Origin: Candidatus Doudnabacteria bacterium RIFCSPHIGHO2_01_FULL_46_14 | GTDB lineage: Bacteria; Patescibacteriota; Doudnabacteria; UBA920; 2-01-FULL-46-14 | Assembly: GCA_001779925.1 (NCBI GenBank) | Contig: MFEK01000014.1 | Span: 152,168-216,167, forward strand | Direction: 5' to 3' | Length of the DNA stretch: 64,000 bases | Part shown: in pieces, positions 7,966 to 16,583 of the stretch | How positions within the stretch are numbered: the stretch's first letter is position 1 | Layout of the letters: each line of letters starts with the position of its first letter | Notes under the pieces: model-generated | Database searches by the model: none | Seen by the model: only the letters and a program-made list of their open reading frames with translations | What the model was told of the DNA's origin: nothing | Made by a program: the position numbers and the translations under genes

Positions 7966-10425
7966 ATGTACGAGATGAATGATTATCTAAAACAATCCGG
8001 ATATCTTGGCGCGGCTCATTTGGAAAAAATATTTCCACGGCAGATCACTGCTGTCATGACAACCGTGTGCTTGGTAGCGGTTCTGGCTTGCGCTGTCATT
8101 GCGGTTATTTTGGGCAGCAAGTCTTTGTTCACAGTTGCGCTACTGCTGCTAGTTTTATTTTATTTTCTGGCAGCTTATTTCTTGTTTACAAATTTTTTGC
8201 AGGAAGATCGCAGTCTTAGCGCGAATGAAATCGCAGAGGCGCGTGCGGCAAAAAAGCTTGGCATGATTTTAAATTTCTCAGCTGTTCAGGTTTTGGAGAC
8301 AAGCGTGCAAGGGAATACTCTAAAGCTCTATGATTTTTTTAATCATACATTCAAGCTTCCGGAATTTGTCTGGATTTTACGCCGGCTGAACATTCTGCCT
8401 CAGGATTTTCAAAAAAGAGTTTTGATGAGCTGTGATACAAACTCAACCATGCTGATGACAGACGTGCTCGAAACTGCCTGGCAAATAGCCTTGTCGGCAA
8501 ACCATCTGAATATCAGCGAGTACGAGATTCTGGCCGCAGTTTACGAGCTTGATAAGAATTTTCAAAAAGTTCTTTTTAGTTTTGAGGCAGAACAGAAAGA
8601 TTTTTTCGAAGTGATATATTGGAGGCGCAGAAAAGACTTAGAGACGAAAATCAGGCGTCTCGATATCAAAGGCATTGGCAAAGATTGGTCAGGCGGATAT
8701 ACGGTTCAGCTCGACGAAACTGCGACAGATATAACAGCGGCTCTGGAAACCAGGCGCGTACCTTCGCATTTATACGGACAAAGCGCCAATCTTGAGCTTT
8801 TACAGCGAATGCTGGTGCGCGGAGCGGGATCCAGCAATGTCGTGCTGGTGGGACCGCCCGGCGTGGGTAAACATCATTTGATCGACGCTCTAGCGGAGCT
8901 CATCAATTCCGGGCAGACGTTCCCGTCCCTTCGTTATATGAGGCTGCTGCAAATCGATTCTTCCTCTCTTATTGCCGGCACGCTTTCGCCAAACCAGATT
9001 CTCTCTAAAATTGGAGCATTATTTATGGAAGCGTACGCCGCCGGAAACGTGATATTGGTGGTCAATGATATTGACGCGCTTCTTGATTCGGGACGGGACG
9101 CCGTGGGGCGCGTTAACGCCACGGAAGCGTTGCTGCGCTTTTTCCAGTCCAGCTTGCATATAATTGGTCTTACGACGCCTAGCGGATACCAAAATACAAT
9201 TGGTCGTAATCCCATGTTGCAAAAACTTATTGCCAAGCTGGAGCTTGATGAGCCGACGAACGCTGAGACCCTGATGATTTTGCAGGACCACGCGGTCCAA
9301 TTGGAAAGGGATTCAGGCTTATTTTTCACGCACCAGGCTTTGCAACAAATCGTGTTGCTTGCAGGCAAGCTGATCCAAAACCTGCCCAATCCGGAAAAGT
9401 CTCTTGAAGTGCTTTCCGAAACTGCGGTTTACGTTGCGGTTGATATTTCGTCACGGATCGTTTTGCCGGAGCATGTGCAGCATGTGGTTGCTGAGAAAAC
9501 CAAGGTTCCCGTGGAAAAAATTTCCATGGGAGAAAAAGATAAACTTCTAAACCTTGAGGAGATTTTGCATCGCAGGATAATTGGCCAGGATGAGGCTGTT
9601 AGGGAGCTCGCCGATTCTCTGCGGCGTGCACGGTCAGGCATTCGTTCCGAGAAAAAACCAATCGGTAGTTTTCTTTTCTTGGGGCCGACCGGCGTTGGCA
9701 AAACCGAAACTACTAAGGCGCTCGCGGAAACATATTTTGGCGACTATTCAAAGATCCTACGCTTTGATATGTCAGAATTTCAGGAAATTCATGCACTGAA
9801 CCGGCTCATTGGCGATGCTGATACCGGAACAGGCGGTCTGCTCACCGAGCAGGTCGTCGCAAATCCGTTTTCGTTGGTACTTCTTGATGAGCTGGAAAAA
9901 GCTCATCCCAAGATTCTCGATTTATTTTTGCAGGTTCTCGATGACGGCATCCTTACGGATTTTTTGGGCAGGAAAATCAGTTTTATTAACACCATGATAA
10001 TTGCGACCTCGAACGCCGGCTCGGAGATGATCCGCAATATAGTGAAAGAAGGGAACGACCCTCAGGCTTTCCGTGAACAGATTTTAGGCTCCTTGCAGAG
10101 CCAAAATATTTTCCGTCCGGAATTTCTAAATCGTTTTGACGGAGTGGTAATTTTCAAACCGCTCTCCCCGGAAGATCTCCTTCGTGTGGCTGGATTGCTT
10201 CTTGCCGAACTAAACAGCAGGCTGGCGGAAAAAGAGATTCAGGTCGAGATAACAGACGAGCTTTGTCAGACTGTAGTTTCCGGCGGTTATCAGCCCGAAT
10301 TTGGCGCGCGGCCCCTGCGGCGCTACATTCAGGAGCATTTGGAAAATTTTGTCGCCCGCGGCCTCATTGACGGCTCAATCAAAAAAGGCGATACGATAAG
10401 AATTGATCCGGGTCAATTGTCTTGA
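7966..10425 (+). CDS. Clp/Hsp100-family AAA+ ATPase (ClpB/ClpC-like) with an N-terminal transmembrane anchor and a degenerate first nucleotide-binding domain
   Basis: Two AAA modules are present. D2 is canonical: RIIGQDEAV, GPTGVGKTE, LLDELEKAH, a sensor region and ATSNAG. D1 has GPPGVGKH in place of GKT and VVNDID in place of the hhhhDE Walker-B motif. The first roughly 75 aa are hydrophobic (TM). There is no long M-domain coiled coil and no IGF loop. Confidence 0.8.
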   Translation: MYEMNDYLKQSGYLGAAHLEKIFPRQITAVMTTVCLVAVLACAVIAVILGSKSLFTVALLLLVLFYFLAAYFLFTNFLQEDRSLSANEIAEARAAKKLGMILNFSAVQVLETSVQGNTLKLYDFFNHTFKLPEFVWILRRLNILPQDFQKRVLMSCDTNSTMLMTDVLETAWQIALSANHLNISEYEILAAVYELDKNFQKVLFSFEAEQKDFFEVIYWRRRKDLETKIRRLDIKGIGKDWSGGYTVQLDETATDITAALETRRVPSHLYGQSANLELLQRMLVRGAGSSNVVLVGPPGVGKHHLIDALAELINSGQTFPSLRYMRLLQIDSSSLIAGTLSPNQILSKIGALFMEAYAAGNVILVVNDIDALLDSGRDAVGRVNATEALLRFFQSSLHIIGLTTPSGYQNTIGRNPMLQKLIAKLELDEPTNAETLMILQDHAVQLERDSGLFFTHQALQQIVLLAGKLIQNLPNPEKSLEVLSETAVYVAVDISSRIVLPEHVQHVVAEKTKVPVEKISMGEKDKLLNLEEILHRRIIGQDEAVRELADSLRRARSGIRSEKKPIGSFLFLGPTGVGKTETTKALAETYFGDYSKILRFDMSEFQEIHALNRLIGDADTGTGGLLTEQVVANPFSLVLLDELEKAHPKILDLFLQVLDDGILTDFLGRKISFINTMIIATSNAGSEMIRNIVKEGNDPQAFREQILGSLQSQNIFRPEFLNRFDGVVIFKPLSPEDLLRVAGLLLAELNSRLAEKEIQVEITDELCQTVVSGGYQPEFGARPLRRYIQEHLENFVARGLIDGSIKKGDTIRIDPGQLS

Positions 10426-10519
10426 TCTAAGAGCGGAATTTTGATAAAGTATTTAAACGATTATCATCCAGACCGAGGCTGGTAAAGTGGCGCTGGTAGA
10501 TTTACCCCGTACAGCTGGT

Positions 10520-10606
10520 GCCCGGGTGGCGGAACTGGCAGACGCAATGGACTCAAAATCCATCGGTCGCAAGATCATGAGGGTTCGACTCCCTCCTCGG
10601 GCACCA
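10520..10606 (+). tRNA. tRNA-Leu (anticodon CAA), type II with a long variable arm; CCA is encoded
   Basis: A 7-bp acceptor stem (one G-U pair), D-arm GGCGGAACTGGCAGACGC, anticodon loop CTCAAAA, a long variable arm, T-arm GAGGGTTCGACTCCCTC and 3' ACCA. The ORF track's 10487 ORF translates across this tRNA. Confidence 0.9.
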
Positions 10607-10672
10607 TTTGTACAGGACTCTTTACCCGCCTCTGGCGAGCCTCCTCGGGCACCGAAGTGCTATACTATATGC

Positions 10673-11578
10673 ATGGTATTTAATCCGCAAAATTTTAATT
10701 TTTCCAATATGCAAAACCGTTCCAAAAACCCAATAGGGTCGCTAGTTAGCACACTCATTTTTTTCTTTATTATTGCCACAGTGATTTCAGAAACTGGATT
10801 CGTCAGCGGCACGTCCGTGTTTGTACTGGTGATCGTTTTGCTGGTTTTAGTCTTCTTGCTTGGGGGACTGCGCATTGTTGACCAGTACGAGAGGGGAGTA
10901 GTACTAACCTTGGGAAAATATACAGGCACCAGGTCGCCGGGACTGACCTGGATTTTCATGGGTATTCAGCAGATGCAAAAGGTTGACCTGCGTATCACTA
11001 CAGTGGATATTCCCCAGCAGGAGGTTATCACTAAAGACAATGTGCCGGTCGGCATTAACGCAGTGGTTTATTTCCAGGTTGAATCTGCCGAACATGCCAT
11101 TCTCAATATCAAAGATTACACGCTGGCTGTTTCACAGTACGCGCAGGCTGCGCTTCGCGACGTTATCGGCGGCATCGAGCTTGATCCGCTTCTCTCTGAG
11201 CGCGAGCATATTTCTGAGGCCATCAAAAAAATCGTGGACGAAGCCACCAAGGTTTGGGGCATTAATATCACTGACATAAAGATCCAGGATATAGAGCTTC
11301 CGGCAGACATGAAACGCATCATGGCCAAACAGGCCGAGTCCGAGCGGGAACGCCGGGCTACGATAATCCGCGCGGAAGGCGAATTTGCCGCTGCTGAAAG
11401 GCTCGCCCAGGCGGCCGAGCGGCTAAGCCAGGTTCCAGGCGGTCTGTCCATGCGAACCTTGCAGACCATAGAGCGAATCAATCCTGATCCGTCCAAGACC
11501 GTGATCTTTGCCCTGCCCATAGAGTTTATGGAAGGCGTAAAATCGCTTACCGAGTACATGAGAAACAAGGTAAAGTAG
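10673..11578 (+). CDS. SPFH/Band-7 (stomatin/prohibitin-like) membrane protein
   Basis: An N-terminal TM segment precedes an SPFH domain (RIVDQYERGVVLTLGKY...) and a coiled-coil C-terminus. The start was moved to the first ATG downstream of the tRNA. Confidence 0.8.
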   Translation: MVFNPQNFNFSNMQNRSKNPIGSLVSTLIFFFIIATVISETGFVSGTSVFVLVIVLLVLVFLLGGLRIVDQYERGVVLTLGKYTGTRSPGLTWIFMGIQQMQKVDLRITTVDIPQQEVITKDNVPVGINAVVYFQVESAEHAILNIKDYTLAVSQYAQAALRDVIGGIELDPLLSEREHISEAIKKIVDEATKVWGINITDIKIQDIELPADMKRIMAKQAESERERRATIIRAEGEFAAAERLAQAAERLSQVPGGLSMRTLQTIERINPDPSKTVIFALPIEFMEGVKSLTEYMRNKVK

Positions 11579-11793
11579 ATGGATGGAATTTATTTAGCTG
11601 TTATCGTTATTCTTATGTTGTCCTTAGTTTTTTATCGCAGTCGAAAAAAACCTCTTTAGTAAATGAGAAGAAAGCCCAGCTGAAAAGCCTTCATAGGCAG
11701 GAGGTATTTTTTTTATGCGATGCTGCAGAAGAGCTTGGTGAAAATCTTATACAATTATATGGCGAACCTTTTGGGACGGCTGTTCGCCCTGGT

Positions 11794-11994
11794 ATGAAAA
11801 TTGTCGGCCCGAACGGCGTTCAGTACACAATCAAAGAAGTTTATTCAGATGATGATACTCCAAATGAGCCCGATGTGGAAATCCCGAATGGAACCGTAAA
11901 TTCAGCGATTGTTATTCAAACAGACCATTGGGACTGGACAAGTTTTCGGGAAAATAAAAAAAGGGAGGGTGTAATTGCGCTTAAATTAGGCTAG
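11794..11994 (+). CDS. Small hypothetical protein, possibly the C-terminal remnant of an NfeD-like partner of the Band-7 gene
   Basis: A 66-aa ORF with a weak RBS. Its reading frame is open with no start codon all the way back to the Band-7 stop (11579-11793). Confidence 0.25.
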   Translation: MKIVGPNGVQYTIKEVYSDDDTPNEPDVEIPNGTVNSAIVIQTDHWDWTSFRENKKREGVIALKLG

Positions 11995-11999
11995 GAGTT

Positions 12000-12701
12000 T
12001 CATTTGATTTCTTTGAGAAAATCCTCAATCAGACTAACGGTTTCTGAAGTGCTCTGAAAAACGGTTTTCCAGATGACGACTATGTCAGCGTCATTAAAGA
12101 TCGACCGCTGGACCTCGCGGATCGTGTCTCCGCCCGCGATAGAAATCATAATGTCATAAGCCCCCTTGATCCGCCGGATCTCATGAAGGGGAATTTGTTT
12201 TTCTCGGTTAAACTGCTCTTCGTCCACGCCGCGGTGGAGGATGACCACGGGCGGGAGTTTTTTGAGCTTGGAGAGAGTGTTTACCGGGTATTCAACATTC
12301 ATCATGTCAATCATGGCATCAATCCCAGCGCGTTCGCAGTTTTCCACAAATGAATTCAGAGTTTCAACCGGTGCGCTTCCGAGGGCAATGGCGGCCGTCG
12401 CTCCGGCATTGGCCGCAATATCCACCTCAGTGCTACCGCGGTCCATGGTTTTGAGGTCTGCGACCACATAAGGGGGAATCGGAACCTCGGCGTTTGCCAA
12501 GTGGCTCTGGTACCAATGAGTAATTTGTTCAATGCCGCGCGCGCCATAGCGCTTGATGAGCGGCGTTCCAGCCTCAACAATGATCCGATCGCTAAGCGGC
12601 AGATGTGAGATAATATTTTGCGCATCATCCAGCGTGCCGTTGAGCGCGATCTGCAAATACCGCTTTCGCTTGTCGAGTTTTGATTGTGGTGCAAAACGCA
12701 T
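12000..12701 (-). CDS. 3-hexulose-6-phosphate synthase-like (OMP-decarboxylase/KGPDC family)
   Basis: Motifs IIVEAGTPLIK and DLKTMD match the HPS/KGPDC TIM-barrel family. Confidence 0.55.
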   Translation of the reverse strand: MRFAPQSKLDKRKRYLQIALNGTLDDAQNIISHLPLSDRIIVEAGTPLIKRYGARGIEQITHWYQSHLANAEVPIPPYVVADLKTMDRGSTEVDIAANAGATAAIALGSAPVETLNSFVENCERAGIDAMIDMMNVEYPVNTLSKLKKLPPVVILHRGVDEEQFNREKQIPLHEIRRIKGAYDIMISIAGGDTIREVQRSIFNDADIVVIWKTVFQSTSETVSLIEDFLKEIK

Positions 12702-12782
12702 GAAATAATTATATATAAAAAATCAGAGTCCTGCGAGCGTGAAGCAAGCAGGACTCTTGAGATCCAATTTGGCGAACATTAC

Positions 12783-13265
12783 TCATTGCGGCGGCCGCCT
12801 CTGCTGGCGGCGGTTCATTTCCCGCATGGCATGAAGTCCATCGTGAACTTCGGGGTTATGGCGGTGGCATACCGATATACCCGAAATAAAGGCAATAGCG
12901 AACGCTGTGTCAGCTAAACTGGTAATTACCGCTGGGACCTTGATCCCCATCTTGATTATTACCGAGAACAGCAATGCCCCTGTTGCGCTAATGCTGAGAG
13001 CGAGCATGGTGCCACCGATCGGACCGTGGCTCAAAGAATACGGTCCGACGAGCAAGGCGCTCGCCATGATCCAGGGGATAAGACCGCCGATTGCTTTTGC
13101 CTTTTCGAATAGACAGATGACAACCATTAACCCCAAAAGCGCCATTGTGCTGACTATCATGAGGATCTGCAATGGCAAGACGAGGCTGTGAAAATCAGTG
13201 GTTAGCTTCTGTAAAAGCCATAAGATCACCAAGGCTAACATGAAAACCAAATGCTTCTTTTTCAT
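12783..13265 (-). CDS. Hypothetical membrane protein
   Basis: A 160-aa ORF with four predicted TM helices; family unknown. Confidence 0.4.
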   Translation of the reverse strand: MKKKHLVFMLALVILWLLQKLTTDFHSLVLPLQILMIVSTMALLGLMVVICLFEKAKAIGGLIPWIMASALLVGPYSLSHGPIGGTMLALSISATGALLFSVIIKMGIKVPAVITSLADTAFAIAFISGISVCHRHNPEVHDGLHAMREMNRRQQRRPPQ

Positions 13266-13366
13266 TGTTCATCTCCTCCTTTAGGATTTGCTTACTTTGG
13301 TTTATCAGAATTCCCACCTTAGGTCAAATTTGCTATATTATTACATCAATGTGCTAAGGAGGATAT

Positions 13367-13948
13367 ATGGACGAGAATATTCCCTATAGAGCAAGGCATC
13401 TGTATGAAAGAGCCGCGCTTTTTATTAAGCAAGATATGGAATTGTGCGCTGAATCATACCTTGTTGAGGCAATCGAAATCGAGCCTAATTACAATGAGGC
13501 TCTTTTGACACTGGCCATCATATATTGCCGTTTCCAATCATGGACTAAAACCAAAAACCTTTTGGAAAAGGCAGTGAAGCGCGGAGCAGAAGAGACCATG
13601 ATATTAACGCTTTACGCTCTAGCTTGTTGGCAGACAGGATTACTCTCGGAAGCTGAAAGCGTATGCAGGCGGGCATTGCAAATCCACGAAGCTGATTATC
13701 ATGCCAATTACATTCTGGGCATGATCATGATCGAGGCTGGAGCTTACCATACCGGCATAGTTTATCTACTGCGAGCTGTTCGTGTATTTTCCCGATTTGG
13801 TTACACGTGGTATGGCTTGGCTGTGGGATACTCAAAAGTCGGGCAAAACTCTACAGCTTGCCGTTGTTTGGCAAAAGCGCGGGCTTTATTGCCGGGATAT
13901 TATCCGATCGCCATGTTCGCCACTGAGCTGGGCATGGACAAGAATTAG
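13367..13948 (+). CDS. TPR-repeat protein
   Basis: Repeated 34-aa helical units with A/L/Y spacing typical of TPR repeats (e.g. EALLTLAIIYCRF, ACWQTG). Confidence 0.4.
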   Translation: MDENIPYRARHLYERAALFIKQDMELCAESYLVEAIEIEPNYNEALLTLAIIYCRFQSWTKTKNLLEKAVKRGAEETMILTLYALACWQTGLLSEAESVCRRALQIHEADYHANYILGMIMIEAGAYHTGIVYLLRAVRVFSRFGYTWYGLAVGYSKVGQNSTACRCLAKARALLPGYYPIAMFATELGMDKN

Positions 13949-14189
13949 GAGTGCGACATGCAAAGACAAAAGCTCCCGCTGGAACTGTTCATTCTGCTCG
14001 CCCTTGATAAGGAGGATTGGGATCAGTTTAGCGTTCTTTTAACCTGCGAGTTTCGTTCGCGGCCGCCGGGGTACTTTCCCAGGCGGTCTTTTTTTGCCCA
14101 CCCGAGACGGACAAGCTATAATAATTAACCAAATCCGGTATGGATTTGATGTTGTTTTACGCAGTTTTACATGCCAAAGGAGAGAACAT

Positions 14190-15644
14190 ATGGAGATGCA
14201 TGAAGTCAGAACAGCGCTCAACACCACTCTGCCTGGAAACCCTCGTTATCAACCCAAGCAGTTGGTTCCTTACTTCGGGTACGATTACACTTATAGAGGT
14301 GTTGGAGAGGTGGAGATTGCCACGATTCAGGTACTCGGTGATATTGAGGTGATTCCCAAGGGAGAAATCGAATTGCTGACGGCTGACTTGATCGAGGCCG
14401 TCCTTCGGATTACCGCGACGGAAGTTGATCACATCGAGAGAACTATCACAAAGCATGATATGCGAGCTTGGGTTAGAGCGGCTCAAGCCGTTGTGCAGAA
14501 TCGTCTGGGACAGTGGTTTCATATCCCATTGACCAGTTACGATCCTTTGACGACTGGCCGCGCTCTGCAGTTCCTGAGAGCGTATCGCGAAGTGATTCGG
14601 AAATCGCTCAAGGAAGTGATCACCCTGTTCGCCAAAATGACTCATGATTTCGCCGGTGACATTCAGATTGGCAGGACTCACGGCCGCCATGCTTTACCGA
14701 TCACTGTTGGTTTCTGGCTGGCTACTATTCTCGATCGGATTATTTTCAATTACGAAAAAATCGAACAGCATTCTCGCGAGCTCGTCGGCAAGATTTCTGG
14801 TGCTGTTGGGGCTAACAATGCTGTATTCGGTCTGAAGATCGCCGAGAAATGCGGCACGAAGAGCTTTGAGAATCGGGTGCTGGAAAAACTCGGCCTCCCG
14901 GCGCCGCGTATCAGTACTCAGATTGCCCCGCCCGAATCGCTTGCCTATTTCTTGTTTTCACATTGCATGCTCTCGGCCTCATTCGCGCAGTTCGGCGATG
15001 ATGCCCGCAATCTCATGCGCAGTGAAATAGACGAGCTTGCCGAGGGGTTTGACGCCACCCAAGTTGCCTCCTCGACCATGGCCCACAAACGCAATCCCTG
15101 GAATCTTGAGGAACTCGTGGGGCAGTGGATCAGGACAAAAAATGAGTTCGGCAAGGTTATGGATACGCTTAACTCTGGGCATCAACGCGATCTGATCGCT
15201 AGCTGTGTTTATCGGGATTTTCCGATCATTATGGTCAACGTTCAGGTGCAGATGAATAAAATGCTCGAGCGCGGCGATAAGGATGTGCCTTTTTTGTCCA
15301 GGCTGACCATTGATCGGCAAATCTGCCGAAGGAATTTCGATCACAGCGCCCACCTCATCTTGGCGGAGCCAATTTATATCGCTCTGCAAATGGCAGGCTA
15401 CCCTAAAGATGCTCATTTGTTGGTGGCGAAGAAACTCATGCCAGTCGCGGAAAAAAGACATATCTTGCTGGTGGAAGCTCTAGAGGAATTTGCAGCGCAG
15501 GATCCGGAAGTTGCAACCGCGCTGAGTGATATTCCGCCAGCTATAATAGAGCTTTTCCGTCATCCTGAGCAATACATAGGAAACGCGGAACAAAAGGCTA
15601 TTGAAATAGCGGAGTTGGCAGAATCGGTTGCGAATGAAATGTAA
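14190..15644 (+). CDS. purB: Adenylosuccinate lyase (fumarate-lyase family)
   Basis: Signatures HALPITVG, GKISGAVG and SSTMAHKRNP (the SSxMPxKxN lyase signature) are present. The start was set to the ATG at 14190, which follows an AAGGAG RBS. Confidence 0.8.
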   Translation: MEMHEVRTALNTTLPGNPRYQPKQLVPYFGYDYTYRGVGEVEIATIQVLGDIEVIPKGEIELLTADLIEAVLRITATEVDHIERTITKHDMRAWVRAAQAVVQNRLGQWFHIPLTSYDPLTTGRALQFLRAYREVIRKSLKEVITLFAKMTHDFAGDIQIGRTHGRHALPITVGFWLATILDRIIFNYEKIEQHSRELVGKISGAVGANNAVFGLKIAEKCGTKSFENRVLEKLGLPAPRISTQIAPPESLAYFLFSHCMLSASFAQFGDDARNLMRSEIDELAEGFDATQVASSTMAHKRNPWNLEELVGQWIRTKNEFGKVMDTLNSGHQRDLIASCVYRDFPIIMVNVQVQMNKMLERGDKDVPFLSRLTIDRQICRRNFDHSAHLILAEPIYIALQMAGYPKDAHLLVAKKLMPVAEKRHILLVEALEEFAAQDPEVATALSDIPPAIIELFRHPEQYIGNAEQKAIEIAELAESVANEM

Positions 15645-15687
15645 ACCCGAGCGCTCCGGCGCTCAAACTAACTGAAAGGAGAAGAAT

Positions 15688-16239
15688 GTGGACAAGCCAG
15701 AGTTCAGAGTTTTTATTGTTTTGGGAAGTGAGACGGATGATAAAATTTTAATTGAGTCCAAAATGACCGATATGCTGGATGCGGTCGGTTTGTATTGGGA
15801 AGTATGGATAGCTTCATCTCATCGGCACCTTCGAGAGCTCACAGAAGCGATTAACCTTAACAAGAGAACCTCGCAAGCCGCTAAATCAATCTTCGTTTCT
15901 GCAGCCAGCATGTCTGCTGCGTTACCAGGCGTGATGGAAGCAATCCTTGAAGGCGGTTGGCCGGTTATTGGCATAGCTTTGCCTTCGCCAGAGTTTCCCA
16001 ATGCCATGGATGCACTGCTTTCCATGGTGAGAATGCCGGGACGAATGCCAGTGATGTGCGCTGGCATTGGAAAATCCGGGTTCGTAAACGCCGCTACGAT
16101 CGCGTGTCAGCTTGTCGCATTTGCCGACTCGGATTTCGTAGGAGTTTTGGAAAGGAATCAACGGGATGCAAGCGAGGAAAAGCCGGCGAAAATCCCACTG
16201 CGTATTTCAACAAGAGTAATCCCAGGAGGAGGCGAGTGA
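15688..16239 (+). CDS. purE: PurE-family (N5-)carboxyaminoimidazole ribonucleotide mutase/carboxylase
   Basis: PurE motifs are present: VLGSETD, SSHRHL and AASMSAALPGV. The start codon is GTG. Confidence 0.7.
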   Translation: MDKPEFRVFIVLGSETDDKILIESKMTDMLDAVGLYWEVWIASSHRHLRELTEAINLNKRTSQAAKSIFVSAASMSAALPGVMEAILEGGWPVIGIALPSPEFPNAMDALLSMVRMPGRMPVMCAGIGKSGFVNAATIACQLVAFADSDFVGVLERNQRDASEEKPAKIPLRISTRVIPGGGE

Positions 16240-16299
16240 TGGCGTGAATACTGCCGCAAGCGGTTTAGAGCGGGAAAACGGAGGAAAGAGCTTATTTAT

Positions 16300-16362
16300 C
16301 TGGAGGAAAAGGGGACGGATTTTTGCAAAGCGCAATTCGCGCCGTGCAATCGTCTGCCCCTT
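16300..16362 (+). terminator. Rho-independent terminator after purE
   Basis: An A-run, a GGGGACGG...CGTCTGCCCC hairpin and a T6 tract. Confidence 0.5.
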
Positions 16363-16428
16363 TTTTCGTTAATTAAATTATTTGAAACTCCAAGCAATTG
16401 CCGGGTTTTTAAATATGTTTATGTTTGT

Positions 16429-16543
16429 GTAAAATTCGCGCGGCCACGCGAATTTTACACTTGGGGTTCAAAATTTCTATTGTACAATTCTAGCGAATTG
16501 TACAATGTCCGCAGTCAACGGCTCAAATCTGTTTGAGCCGTTG
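16429..16543. promoter_or_regulatory. Three consecutive perfect palindromes upstream of parB (candidate centromere/operator sites)
   Basis: GTAAAATTCGCG-N6-CGCGAATTTTAC at 16429-16458, TTGTACAATTC-N4-GAATTGTACAA at 16480-16505, and CAACGGCTCAAA-N4-TTTGAGCCGTTG at 16516-16543. Confidence 0.45.
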
Positions 16544-16583
16544 AATTGCTCTTTGCCAGTATTTTTGATAAGTTTAATTCACT

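Noticed and set aside
10487-10672. N-terminal roughly 60 aa of the ORF-track 363-aa ORF (MALVDLPRTAGARVAELADAMDSK...)
   Set aside because: This stretch is the translation of tRNA-Leu(CAA) and its duplicated 3' end. The real Band-7 CDS starts at 10673.
13958-14128. 56-aa ORF with an AGGAG RBS upstream of purB
   Set aside because: It overlaps a terminator-like hairpin (CCGCC...GGCGG plus a T-run) and the purB promoter (-10 TATAAT at about 14114). It is likely non-coding.
16240-16583. oriC/DnaA-box cluster near parB
   Set aside because: No TTATCCACA-like DnaA boxes or AT-rich DUE were recognised. Only the three palindromes were found, and these are reported as candidate ParB or operator sites.
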